In this document: positions 24,670-31,761 of the stretch, piece by piece | How the letters are laid out: each line of letters opens with the position of its first letter | Numbering within the stretch: the stretch's first letter is position 1 | From: Microcystis aeruginosa NIES-843 | Lineage (GTDB): Bacteria > Cyanobacteriota > Cyanobacteriia > Cyanobacteriales > Microcystaceae | NCBI RefSeq assembly: GCF_000010625.1 | Contig: NC_010296.1 | Span: 1,440,001-1,472,000 of the forward strand | Length of the DNA stretch: 32,000 nt | Reading direction: 5' to 3' | Program-made: the position numbers and the translations under genes | The notes under the pieces: generated by a model | The model's input: only the letters and a program-made list of their open reading frames with translations | The model's database searches: none | What the model was told of the DNA's origin: nothing

Positions 24670-27600
24670 TTAAACCCCTGTTGCGATAAATGCCGTCCAA
24701 TAATAGGGATTGGCAAAGGGATAGGGTTCACGTTTAACCGCAGCTTCTAATAAGTCTTGGAATTTTCTTCTATCCCGTTTACTTTCAAAGACTCGATCGA
24801 GTAATTGTTGGAATTTTTGACTATTTTTAATTCTGGCTAATTTTTTACTGTTCAATGTTCTTAACCATGTTTGTGTATTATTTAAAACAATGGCAATACT
24901 TCCTTGATCTTGGATAGAAATCCGTTTAAGATCGTGATAAAATTTAGTCATAAATAACGTAGTTGCTAGGGGATCTACTGTCCAAAGGGTGCTAACAACA
25001 CTAGAACTACCTGCAAATAGAAAACCACTAGGTAAACCCACATATTCATCACTAATACTATCAGCTTTACTTTCAATTATACCACTTTCACAAGCAGAAA
25101 AAGTAACTAAGCGGCATTCTCTTAAGTCAAATTTTTCAAATACTTCTGCTAGGGTTAGGTTAGCTGATTTTCCTAAATTACCTTCTGGATCTGCTAAGAA
25201 TAAAGCAGAGTCTCTAGGGGAGTCATCATCAAATTTACCATGACAGGAAAAGTGAAGACAATGGGATGCTTGTAATTCTTGACGACGGTTTTCTAGGGTT
25301 TGTTCTGATGCTTCTAATTCCCCAATAATAATGGTTTTTTCAGTGGCAAATCCTTGACTAATTCTCTCGATTTCTAGATTTGCACCTAAGAGAGGTTTTA
25401 GGTCTTTTCTGGTGGGGTTTTTAATGGCAAAAAGACGAGTAAAGTTTTCTCGCTGTGATAATTTTACCAGTTTTAAAAGTTGGCAACTGGGAACATATCC
25501 TACCCCTTTAGAAAAGCATTGATAGAGAAATTGTCCGTTTTCGATTGGTAAACAATGAAGGGGAATAATATGTAAAAACCAATGGGGAATTAGGATGAGA
25601 CGAGAGCAAGATTGAGGAATCAGTTCTAACAGTTCATCAATGTGGAGAATTTCTGAGAGTTGATTTAAACAATCATTAAGATTATTAATCCACTCGGTTT
25701 TATTATTTTCATAAGCATCACGATAATTTTTAATAAAATTAATCAATTTTTCTCGATCTTCTGCTGAAGATTGCCAAACTTTAACCCCTTTCACCTCACT
25801 ATTCCCCCCTTTTGAAGGGGGGTTAGGGGGGATCAAACCTTTTGAAGGGGGGTTAGGGGGGATCAAACCTTTTGAAGGGGGGTTAGGGGGGATCAAACCC
25901 TCATTAGTAACAATAAACGCCATAATACTATCCCCTGCAATATACCATTCTAAGATGGCAGTATCTTGATCAATTAAGGATTGAATCTCACTTAAGGGAA
26001 TGGTTTGAACTTTTTGAGTTAAGCTAAAAGTGGGATCTATGGGGGTTATTTCACGATCAATGAATTGATTTAATTCTTGTTTTAAATGATTAAGGTGAGT
26101 ATAGTCATTTAAGATGGGTTGTTTTTGTTCATCTAGGGTTAAAGTTACTCCCCGATTGCGGGTTTGTTCTTGGATCGCTAACTGTTGTTCTTCCCCAATA
26201 ATGGCACGACGGAGGCGATCTAATTCGGTAATAATAGTTGGGGGGATATTACCTTTAGGATAGATATCTCGGTCAGTAAGCAATTGGACTAGATAGCGGG
26301 TTTTGCTGCGTTCAACGTATTCTAAGGCGCGATCTGGTTGATTGAGGTTGAGATAGGATTGAACGATGCCATGATAAACATCCATTGCATCGGAGAGGAT
26401 TTCTTGTTGTCGTTGGGGGTTTAAGGCTTGGAGTCGGGTATTTTCTACTGCTTCGATGGCTAAGTTGTAGCCTTTGATGGCGGTTTCCCAGTCTTCGATC
26501 AGGTTAGCAGTAATTCCTAAGTTACGTCCTGTTCGTAAACAGTCTATGGGAAAAGCAGTCGGGGTAAATACTTCTAAAGACAGGTTATAAGCTGCAATAG
26601 CTAACTCTAGATTATCTACCCTTTCCCCAAGAATGCGATATAGATAAGCAGTCCCTAGATTATTTTGTGACTTTGCCCATTGTTCAGGAAAGCTATCACG
26701 GGTATATACTTCTAAAGACAGTTTAAAAGCTGCAATAGCTAACTCTAGATTATCTGCCTCTTCCCCAAGAATGCGATATAGATAAGCACCCCCCAGATTA
26801 TTTTGTGACCTTGCCCAATCTTCAGGAAAGGCTTCACGGGTATCTACTTCTAATGACAGATTATAAACTGAGATCGCCTTCTCTAGATTTTCAGCCTTTT
26901 CCCCTCTGATGCGATATAGATAAGCATTCCCCAGATTATTTTGTGACCTTGCCCAATTTTCAGGAAAGGCTTCACGGGTACAGACTTCTAAAGACAGGTT
27001 ATAAGCTTTAATCGCTAACTCTAGATTATCTGCCCTTTCCCCTCTGATGCGATCTGTATAAGCTAACCCCAGATTATTTTGTGTCGTTGCCCAATATTCG
27101 GGAAAAGCTTCACGGGTTCTTACTTTTAAAGACAGGTTATAAGCTGCGATGGCTAACTCTAGATTATCTGCCCTTTCCCCTCTGATGCGATTTCTATAAG
27201 CATTACCCAGATTATCTTGTGTACCTGCCCAATCTTCAGGAAAAGCTTCACGAGTGTATACTTCTAAAGACAGGTTATAAGCTTTAATCGCTAACTCTAG
27301 ATTATCTGCCCTTTCCCCTCTGATGCGATTTCTATAAGCATTACCCAGATTATTTTGTGACCTTGCCCATTCATCAGGAAAAGCTTCATGGGTATATACT
27401 TCTAATGACAGGTTATAAACTGCGATCGCTTTCTCTAGATTATCTGCCTTTTCACCTCTAATGCGAGTTCCATAAGCAGACCCCAGATTATTTTGTATCC
27501 TTGCCCAATCTTCAGGAAAAGCTTCACGGGTATATATTTCTAATGACTGGTTATAAGCTGCGATGGCTAACTCTAGATTATCTGCCCTTTCCCCTCTGAT

Positions 27601-28488
27601 GCGATATAGATAAGCATTCCCCAGATTATTTTGTGTGTTTGCCCATTCATAAGGAAAGCCATCACGGGTATATACTTCTAATGACTGGTTACAAGCTGCG
27701 ATCGCTAACTCTAGATTATCTGCCCTTTCCCCTCTAATGCGATTTCCGTAAGCAAACCCCAGATTATTTTGTATCTTTGCCCATTCATAAGGAAAGGCTT
27801 CACGGGTATAGACTTCTAAAGATAGGTTATAAGCTGCGATCGCTAACTCTAGATTATCTGCCCTTTCCCCTCTGATGCGATAATTATAAGCAGTCCCCAG
27901 ATTATTTTGTGTCATTGCCCATTGTTTAGGAAAGGCTTCACGGGTATAAACTTCTAACAGGGTGTGATAACCTGTAATAGCAATTTCCAGATTATTAGCC
28001 CGACTTCCCAAGGGAAACTGTTTAATCTTATTACATAAATTTTGAATCACCCTAGCAATAACTGCCACATCTTCTGCCTTCCTTTGAGAAAACACATTTC
28101 TAGCGTATTGTTGCAACACTTGGGCAAAAGTATCATCTAACAGATGTTGACAGCGTTGTAGGATAGGATAAACCACCGCAGGAGCAGGATCATTACTCTC
28201 ATGTTCTGCTTGTAATAATTCTAATAAAAACTCCTGATATTCCTCTATACTTCCCGCTTGAGGGTTGAGATATTGCCCCAACTGTTGCGCCATATTCCGT
28301 AACCAAGCAACAGGATTATGATTTCCTTGTTGTTCTAACCAAGTTGCATAGTCTTCCATCACCTGCAAAAATTGGGGATCAATTAATTCCTGATTTGCTT
28401 GTAGAATATTATTGAGTTCCTCATCATCAGTACAAGCGAGCAACTTTTCTATTAAATTAACATAAGCTTGGGCGCGTTGTTCATTCAT
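24670..28488 (-). CDS. Large TPR-like repeat / CHAT-domain (caspase-like protease fold) protein with a conserved N-terminal ~95-aa helical module
   Basis: 1272 aa. The N-module is MNEQRAQAYVNLIEKLL..LQAE. About ten 46-aa repeats follow (W..QNNLG.AY..RIRGERADNLELAIAAYN.SLEVYTREAFP). The C-terminal CHAT domain has a His (LHFSCHGKF) and Cys (VTFSACESG) dyad. Confidence 0.9.
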   Translation of the reverse strand: MNEQRAQAYVNLIEKLLACTDDEELNNILQANQELIDPQFLQVMEDYATWLEQQGNHNPVAWLRNMAQQLGQYLNPQAGSIEEYQEFLLELLQAEHESNDPAPAVVYPILQRCQHLLDDTFAQVLQQYARNVFSQRKAEDVAVIARVIQNLCNKIKQFPLGSRANNLEIAITGYHTLLEVYTREAFPKQWAMTQNNLGTAYNYRIRGERADNLELAIAAYNLSLEVYTREAFPYEWAKIQNNLGFAYGNRIRGERADNLELAIAACNQSLEVYTRDGFPYEWANTQNNLGNAYLYRIRGERADNLELAIAAYNQSLEIYTREAFPEDWARIQNNLGSAYGTRIRGEKADNLEKAIAVYNLSLEVYTHEAFPDEWARSQNNLGNAYRNRIRGERADNLELAIKAYNLSLEVYTREAFPEDWAGTQDNLGNAYRNRIRGERADNLELAIAAYNLSLKVRTREAFPEYWATTQNNLGLAYTDRIRGERADNLELAIKAYNLSLEVCTREAFPENWARSQNNLGNAYLYRIRGEKAENLEKAISVYNLSLEVDTREAFPEDWARSQNNLGGAYLYRILGEEADNLELAIAAFKLSLEVYTRDSFPEQWAKSQNNLGTAYLYRILGERVDNLELAIAAYNLSLEVFTPTAFPIDCLRTGRNLGITANLIEDWETAIKGYNLAIEAVENTRLQALNPQRQQEILSDAMDVYHGIVQSYLNLNQPDRALEYVERSKTRYLVQLLTDRDIYPKGNIPPTIITELDRLRRAIIGEEQQLAIQEQTRNRGVTLTLDEQKQPILNDYTHLNHLKQELNQFIDREITPIDPTFSLTQKVQTIPLSEIQSLIDQDTAILEWYIAGDSIMAFIVTNEGLIPPNPPSKGLIPPNPPSKGLIPPNPPSKGGNSEVKGVKVWQSSAEDREKLINFIKNYRDAYENNKTEWINNLNDCLNQLSEILHIDELLELIPQSCSRLILIPHWFLHIIPLHCLPIENGQFLYQCFSKGVGYVPSCQLLKLVKLSQRENFTRLFAIKNPTRKDLKPLLGANLEIERISQGFATEKTIIIGELEASEQTLENRRQELQASHCLHFSCHGKFDDDSPRDSALFLADPEGNLGKSANLTLAEVFEKFDLRECRLVTFSACESGIIESKADSISDEYVGLPSGFLFAGSSSVVSTLWTVDPLATTLFMTKFYHDLKRISIQDQGSIAIVLNNTQTWLRTLNSKKLARIKNSQKFQQLLDRVFESKRDRRKFQDLLEAAVKREPYPFANPYYWTAFIATGV
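25808..25897. repeat. 30-bp x3 perfect tandem repeat inside the CHAT gene (encodes GLIPPNPPSK x3)
   Basis: CCTTTTGAAGGGGGGTTAGGGGGGATCAAA is repeated three times head to tail, in frame. Confidence 0.95.
26570..27960. repeat. About ten near-identical 138-bp tandem units (coding for the 46-aa TPR-like repeats)
   Basis: The marker CTAACTCTAG recurs at 26601 and 26739, with CCTTCTCTAG at 26877 (138-nt spacing). Long identical stretches occur between units. Confidence 0.9.
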
Positions 28489-28550
28489 TGTCTGTACTGT
28501 GATTAGAATGATTGAATGAGGGACTATGATGTTTTTTGGCGGATGACTCT

Positions 28551-28556
28551 ATTATA
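28551..28556 (-). promoter_or_regulatory. Candidate -10 box (TATAAT on the minus strand) for the CHAT gene
   Basis: ATTATA on the plus strand lies 63 nt upstream of the ATG. I saw no good -35. Confidence 0.25.
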
Positions 28557-28613
28557 GGATGAGTCCCCTTGATATAGGGCGATTATGACACAGAATGCTA
28601 TAGAGGATATTAA

Positions 28614-28835
28614 CTATAAACGCTCAAACTCATCAACCCTTAATCCCGCTTGCCTTAAAATACTGCTAATTGTACCGATTGTTACCTCCTTATAACAGGG
28701 AACAATCGTTGTCATTTTTCCTTCGGGAGTATCCTTGGCAAACTTAACATGACTCCCCTTTTGACTAATAACTTCAAACCCTGCCGCTTCCAACTTGCGT
28801 TTAATCTCACGATAAGATAAAGGCTTAAGCGGCAT
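28614..28835 (-). CDS. hicA: HicA-family toxin (mRNA interferase)
   Basis: 73 aa. SYREIKRKLEAAGFEVISQKGSHVKF is a typical HicA/YcfA motif. It overlaps the upstream hicB. Confidence 0.85.
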   Translation of the reverse strand: MPLKPLSYREIKRKLEAAGFEVISQKGSHVKFAKDTPEGKMTTIVPCYKEVTIGTISSILRQAGLRVDEFERL

Positions 28836-29031
28836 TGATTTCTACCTCTATCTTCTGTAATTGGGGAATAACTGTCGCACAAGGCGGTTCAAAATGTAAT
28901 TCTAAAGCCTCTTGCAGATTGTTTAACGCCTCGGTTTCTGTTTCCCCTTGACTAGCAACATCAACCTCTAAACATTGGGCAACAAACCAATTATCTTCTT
29001 GAAAAATTCTCGCTGTAAGTACCTGTCTCAT
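28825..29031 (-). CDS. hicB: HicB-family antitoxin (UPF0150-like)
   Basis: MRQVLTARIFQEDNWFVAQCLEVDVASQGETETEALNNLQEALELHFE. An alternative upstream ATG is at 29058 (ORF-track start). Confidence 0.75.
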   Translation of the reverse strand: MRQVLTARIFQEDNWFVAQCLEVDVASQGETETEALNNLQEALELHFEPPCATVIPQLQKIEVEINAA

Positions 29032-29143
29032 TTTCACTTTCCTGATTGAGCTTTCCATGATTATAGGTCAGGCTAGAATGACAGTCAATTAAATAATCAT
29101 ATAGATCATGCTTTAGACTTCTACATAACAAGATTCTATACTT

Positions 29144-29215
29144 TATATCCCGTAACCAAGCAACAGGAGTATTATTTCTTTGTTCTTCTAACCCTGTTGC
29201 ATAGTCTTCCATCAT
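29144..29215 (-). pseudogene. Remnant of the CHAT-type N-terminal module (codons ~45-66) with its leader
   Basis: M-MEDYATGLEEQRNNTPVAWLR aligns to VMEDYATWLEQQGNHNPVAWLR of the CHAT protein. The first ~43 codons are deleted. After WLR the frame runs into unrelated sequence. Confidence 0.75.
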
Positions 29216-29290
29216 TGTCTGTACTGTGATTGATGTGATTATGTGATGAACTGTGATTTTTTTTGAGAGAGACCAACCTTATGATTTAAC

Positions 29291-29319
29291 GTGATACAAT
29301 AAATATTCGTGATTGTCAA
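29291..29319 (-). promoter_or_regulatory. Candidate sigma70-type promoter (TTGACA-17 nt-TATCAC) of the module leader, copy 2
   Basis: The minus strand reads TTGACAATCACGAATATTTATTGTATCAC. An identical block occurs at 31395-31423. Confidence 0.4.
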
Positions 29320-29383
29320 GGGGGGTCGCTGCCAAATTTGTTTGATATATTCCAAGTTTCTGCCTTAGAACATATCAAACAAA

Positions 29384-29698
29384 TTACTTTTCTGCACAAA
29401 TAACTGTCATTACAGCAACTTCTTTGTCCAATTGATCTCCTATTTCATCTTCAACAACGTCCAGATCGTAATCCATTTGTAATCCCAGCCAAAATCGCGG
29501 TGACATATCAAAATAACGAGCTAACCGAAGAGCTATATCCGCCGTGATACACCGCTTTCCGTGAACGATTTCGTTAATACATTGTTCAGGAACTCCAAGA
29601 GCCAGAGCTATTTGATTCTGACTAAGGTTCATTGGCTTGATAAATTCCTCTAAAAGAACCTCACCGGGATGAATTGGCATTAGTTTATCTTCATTCAT
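29384..29698 (-). CDS. higA: HigA-family antitoxin (XRE-type HTH)
   Basis: IHPGEVLLEEFIKPMNLSQNQIALALGVPEQCINEIVHGKRCITADIALRLARYF is the HigA signature. Confidence 0.88.
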   Translation of the reverse strand: MNEDKLMPIHPGEVLLEEFIKPMNLSQNQIALALGVPEQCINEIVHGKRCITADIALRLARYFDMSPRFWLGLQMDYDLDVVEDEIGDQLDKEVAVMTVICAEK

Positions 29699-29707
29699 TA
29701 TTTTACC

Positions 29708-29989
29708 TCAATGATAATCAACGATTTCTACGTCTAGAGCATCACCGTTTTGCCAGACAAAGCAAATTTGCCATTGATCGTTAACCCGAATGCTATATTG
29801 ACCTTCCCTGTCACCAACCAGACGTTCCAATCGATTTGCTGGTGGGACACGAAGATCTTGCAGGGTTTCCGCACGATTAAGCATCCGCAATTTTCGCAAT
29901 GCCACTTGTTGGATATCTAATGGCAATTTACGCGAATGTTTACGTTCAAAAACTTTTTGAGCTTCTTTATCTTTAAAGTTTTGGATCAC
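29708..29989 (-). CDS. higB: HigB-family toxin (RelE/ParE superfamily, killer protein)
   Basis: IQNFKDKEAQKVFE...LRKLRMLNRAETLQDLRVPPANRLERL.GDREGQYSIRVNDQWQICFVW. The toxin-first order is typical of higBA. Confidence 0.88.
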   Translation of the reverse strand: MIQNFKDKEAQKVFERKHSRKLPLDIQQVALRKLRMLNRAETLQDLRVPPANRLERLVGDREGQYSIRVNDQWQICFVWQNGDALDVEIVDYH

Positions 29990-30196
29990 TCTCTAAACAA
30001 TTTCTTATCCTACTTTTAAGTATATGACGTAAGGATGCTCCAATGGCAGAACTGGTTGGGGAACAGGCCAGACAGGGACTTCTGCGAATGCGTCTGGGGC
30101 CAAGATGACGCGACGACAAATGATCGCGGTAGCCTTCATGTTGGACATACTAACAACACCTTAGCCTATTGTCAATGTCCCCAACAGTTAAAAACG

Positions 30197-30447
30197 CCTC
30201 ATATTCTTCTATATTTCTCGCTTGAGGGTTGAGATATTGCCCAAAGTTTTGTGTTAAATCAATCTGTATGGTTATTATTGTATCCTTATTATTTTAACCC
30301 CGTTGCATAGTTTTCCATCACCTGCAAAAATTGAGGGTAAATTAATTCCATATTAGCTTGCAGAATATTAGTTCGTTCCTCATCATCAGCAGAAGTGAGC
30401 AACTGTTCAATTAAATTAACATAAGCTTGGGCGTGTTGTTCATTCAT
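30197..30447 (-). pseudogene. Decayed copy of the N-terminal module (frameshifts/stops) with intact start and leader
   Basis: 30300-30447 aligns to 31170-31319 by eye (…CATAGTTTTCCATCACCTGCAAAAATT…GAGCAACTGTTCAATTAAATTAACATAAGCTTGGGCG). 30197-30240 matches the module codons ~75-90. The middle part is scrambled. Confidence 0.7.
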
Positions 30448-30565
30448 TGTCTGTACTGTGATTGATCTGATTATGTGATGGATTGTGATTTTTTCGAGAG
30501 AACGACTCGATGATATTTAGATAAGCTTGGGTGCGTTTTTCGTCCATAACCTTAATCCGATGCTT

Positions 30566-30778
30566 TCACAAAAGTTTTTTAAATTCTTCAATAGACATTC
30601 CGGCACCTTTAATAATTGTTCCCATTGTATAAGCATTAATTGGATTAGCTCTGGGAATTGTTAAGATATGCTCTCCATCAGTCATTGTAATATGTTTACC
30701 CTGTCGAACAATCCTAAATCCTGCTTTTTCAAAGGCTTTAATGGCTCGTTGATGATTAATTCCGGGAAGACTAGGCAT
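30566..30778 (-). CDS. hicA: HicA-family toxin
   Basis: 70 aa. HQRAIKAFEKAGFRIVRQGKHITM..ILTIPRANPINAYTMGTIIKGAGMSIEEF. It overlaps the upstream hicB-containing ORF by 8 nt. Confidence 0.75.
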   Translation of the reverse strand: MPSLPGINHQRAIKAFEKAGFRIVRQGKHITMTDGEHILTIPRANPINAYTMGTIIKGAGMSIEEFKKLL

Positions 30779-31319
30779 GATTTAATTCAACTTCCACATA
30801 ACAAGATTCTACACCTTGATTCAATTCCTCGGCAACTTCTAAATAAGACACAATAGCATCTTGAATATTATTGAGAGCTTCTTCTTTTGTTGTACCTTGA
30901 GAAGCACAGCCGGGTAAACCGGGACACCAAACAGCATATCCTTCTTCTGTTTGCTTAAGACTGACTTTATACTGCATATTTTTATAATAATAATCGTTGT
31001 CAGTTATTATAGCACGGCCATCATTAATCTCTGCTTCTGCTTGTAATACTTCTAATAAAAACCCCTGATATTCCTCTATACTTCTCGCTTGAGGGTTGAG
31101 AAACTGCCCCAACTGTTGCGCTATGTTCCGTAACCAAGCCGCAGGATTATTATGTCCTTGTTGTTCTAACCCTGTTGCATAGTTTTCCATCACCTGCAAA
31201 AATTCGGGATCAATCAATTCCTGATTAGCTTGCAGAATCTTATTGAGTTCCTCACCATCAGCAGAAGTGAGCAACTGTTCAATTAAATTAACATAAGCTT
31301 GGGCGCGTTGTTCATTCAT
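30771..31319 (-). CDS. Fusion ORF: CHAT-type N-terminal module (aa 1-96) joined in frame to a HicB antitoxin core (aa 115-182)
   Basis: The N-terminal 95 aa differ at 17 positions (my count) from the CHAT protein N-terminus. The C-terminal MQYKVSLKQTEEGYAVWCPGLPGCASQGTTKEEALNNIQDAI is the HicB/UPF0150 signature. An internal ATG at 30977 could give a stand-alone HicB. Confidence 0.8.
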   Translation of the reverse strand: MNEQRAQAYVNLIEQLLTSADGEELNKILQANQELIDPEFLQVMENYATGLEQQGHNNPAAWLRNIAQQLGQFLNPQARSIEEYQGFLLEVLQAEAEINDGRAIITDNDYYYKNMQYKVSLKQTEEGYAVWCPGLPGCASQGTTKEEALNNIQDAIVSYLEVAEELNQGVESCYVEVELNHA

Positions 31320-31394
31320 TGTCTGTACTGTGATTGATGTGATTATGTGATGGACTGTGATTTTTTTTGAGAGAGAGCGACCTTATGATATAGT

Positions 31395-31423
31395 GTGATA
31401 CAATAAATATTCGTGATTGTCAA
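31395..31423 (-). promoter_or_regulatory. Candidate sigma70-type promoter (TTGACA-17 nt-TATCAC) of the module leader, copy 4
   Basis: The minus strand reads TTGACAATCACGAATATTTATTGTATCAC, about 75-100 nt upstream of ATG 31319. Confidence 0.4.
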
Positions 31424-31500
31424 GGACAAAGGATAACCTAATCATAGTCGATCATTCAATCATTCTAATCATAGTTTAGACATTATTAAGGAGAAGGACT

Positions 31501-31761
31501 ATGGACATCACCATTCATCTTAGCCAAGAACAAAGGGAAAAACTCGCCTACATCCAACAACATAGCGATCAGGATATCACTACCCTGCTCAATCAAGTTA
31601 TTGAGCAACAATATACCAAACTACACCCGCGTAACTCAGAGCCTCTTAAAGTGCTGAAAGAAAGCGGTTTTATTGGGTGTGGACAAGGTTCGCCCGATCT
31701 TTCTACTAACTATAAAACCATCCTCAAGGAAGAATGGTCAGCCAAACATGATTATAGTTGA
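31501..31761 (+). CDS. VapB-like antitoxin (RHH-like N-terminus)
   Basis: 86 aa with an AAGGAGAAGG SD. ITIHLSQEQREKLAYIQQH..LLNQVIEQQY, then GFIGCGQGSPDLSTNYKTIL, which is typical of cyanobacterial PIN-partner antitoxins. It overlaps the PIN gene by 14 nt. Confidence 0.65.
   Translation: MDITIHLSQEQREKLAYIQQHSDQDITTLLNQVIEQQYTKLHPRNSEPLKVLKESGFIGCGQGSPDLSTNYKTILKEEWSAKHDYS

Noticed and set aside
24519-24731. 70-aa minus-strand ORF spanning the convergent gene ends
   Set aside because: It overlaps the 3' ends of both the 24180-24590 ORF and the CHAT gene and runs through the G/C-run repeat, so it is most likely spurious.
26570-27960. Possible non-coding satellite or CRISPR-like periodic repeat
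   Set aside because: The 138-nt periodicity lies entirely inside one long open reading frame and encodes the 46-aa TPR-like repeats.
28991-29143. Treating the whole 74-aa ORF 28991-29215 as a gene
   Set aside because: Only the first ~24 codons are homologous to the N-module. The remainder is read through a hicB-3' remnant and overlaps the real hicB in another frame.
30035-30232. 65-aa plus-strand ORF, and a 47-aa minus-strand ORF (MSNMKATAIICRRVILAPDAF..) in the same GC-richer patch
   Set aside because: I recognise no family and see no convincing translation signals. The ORFs lie between the higB promoter region and a decayed module copy. Either may be a fragment, but I cannot support it.
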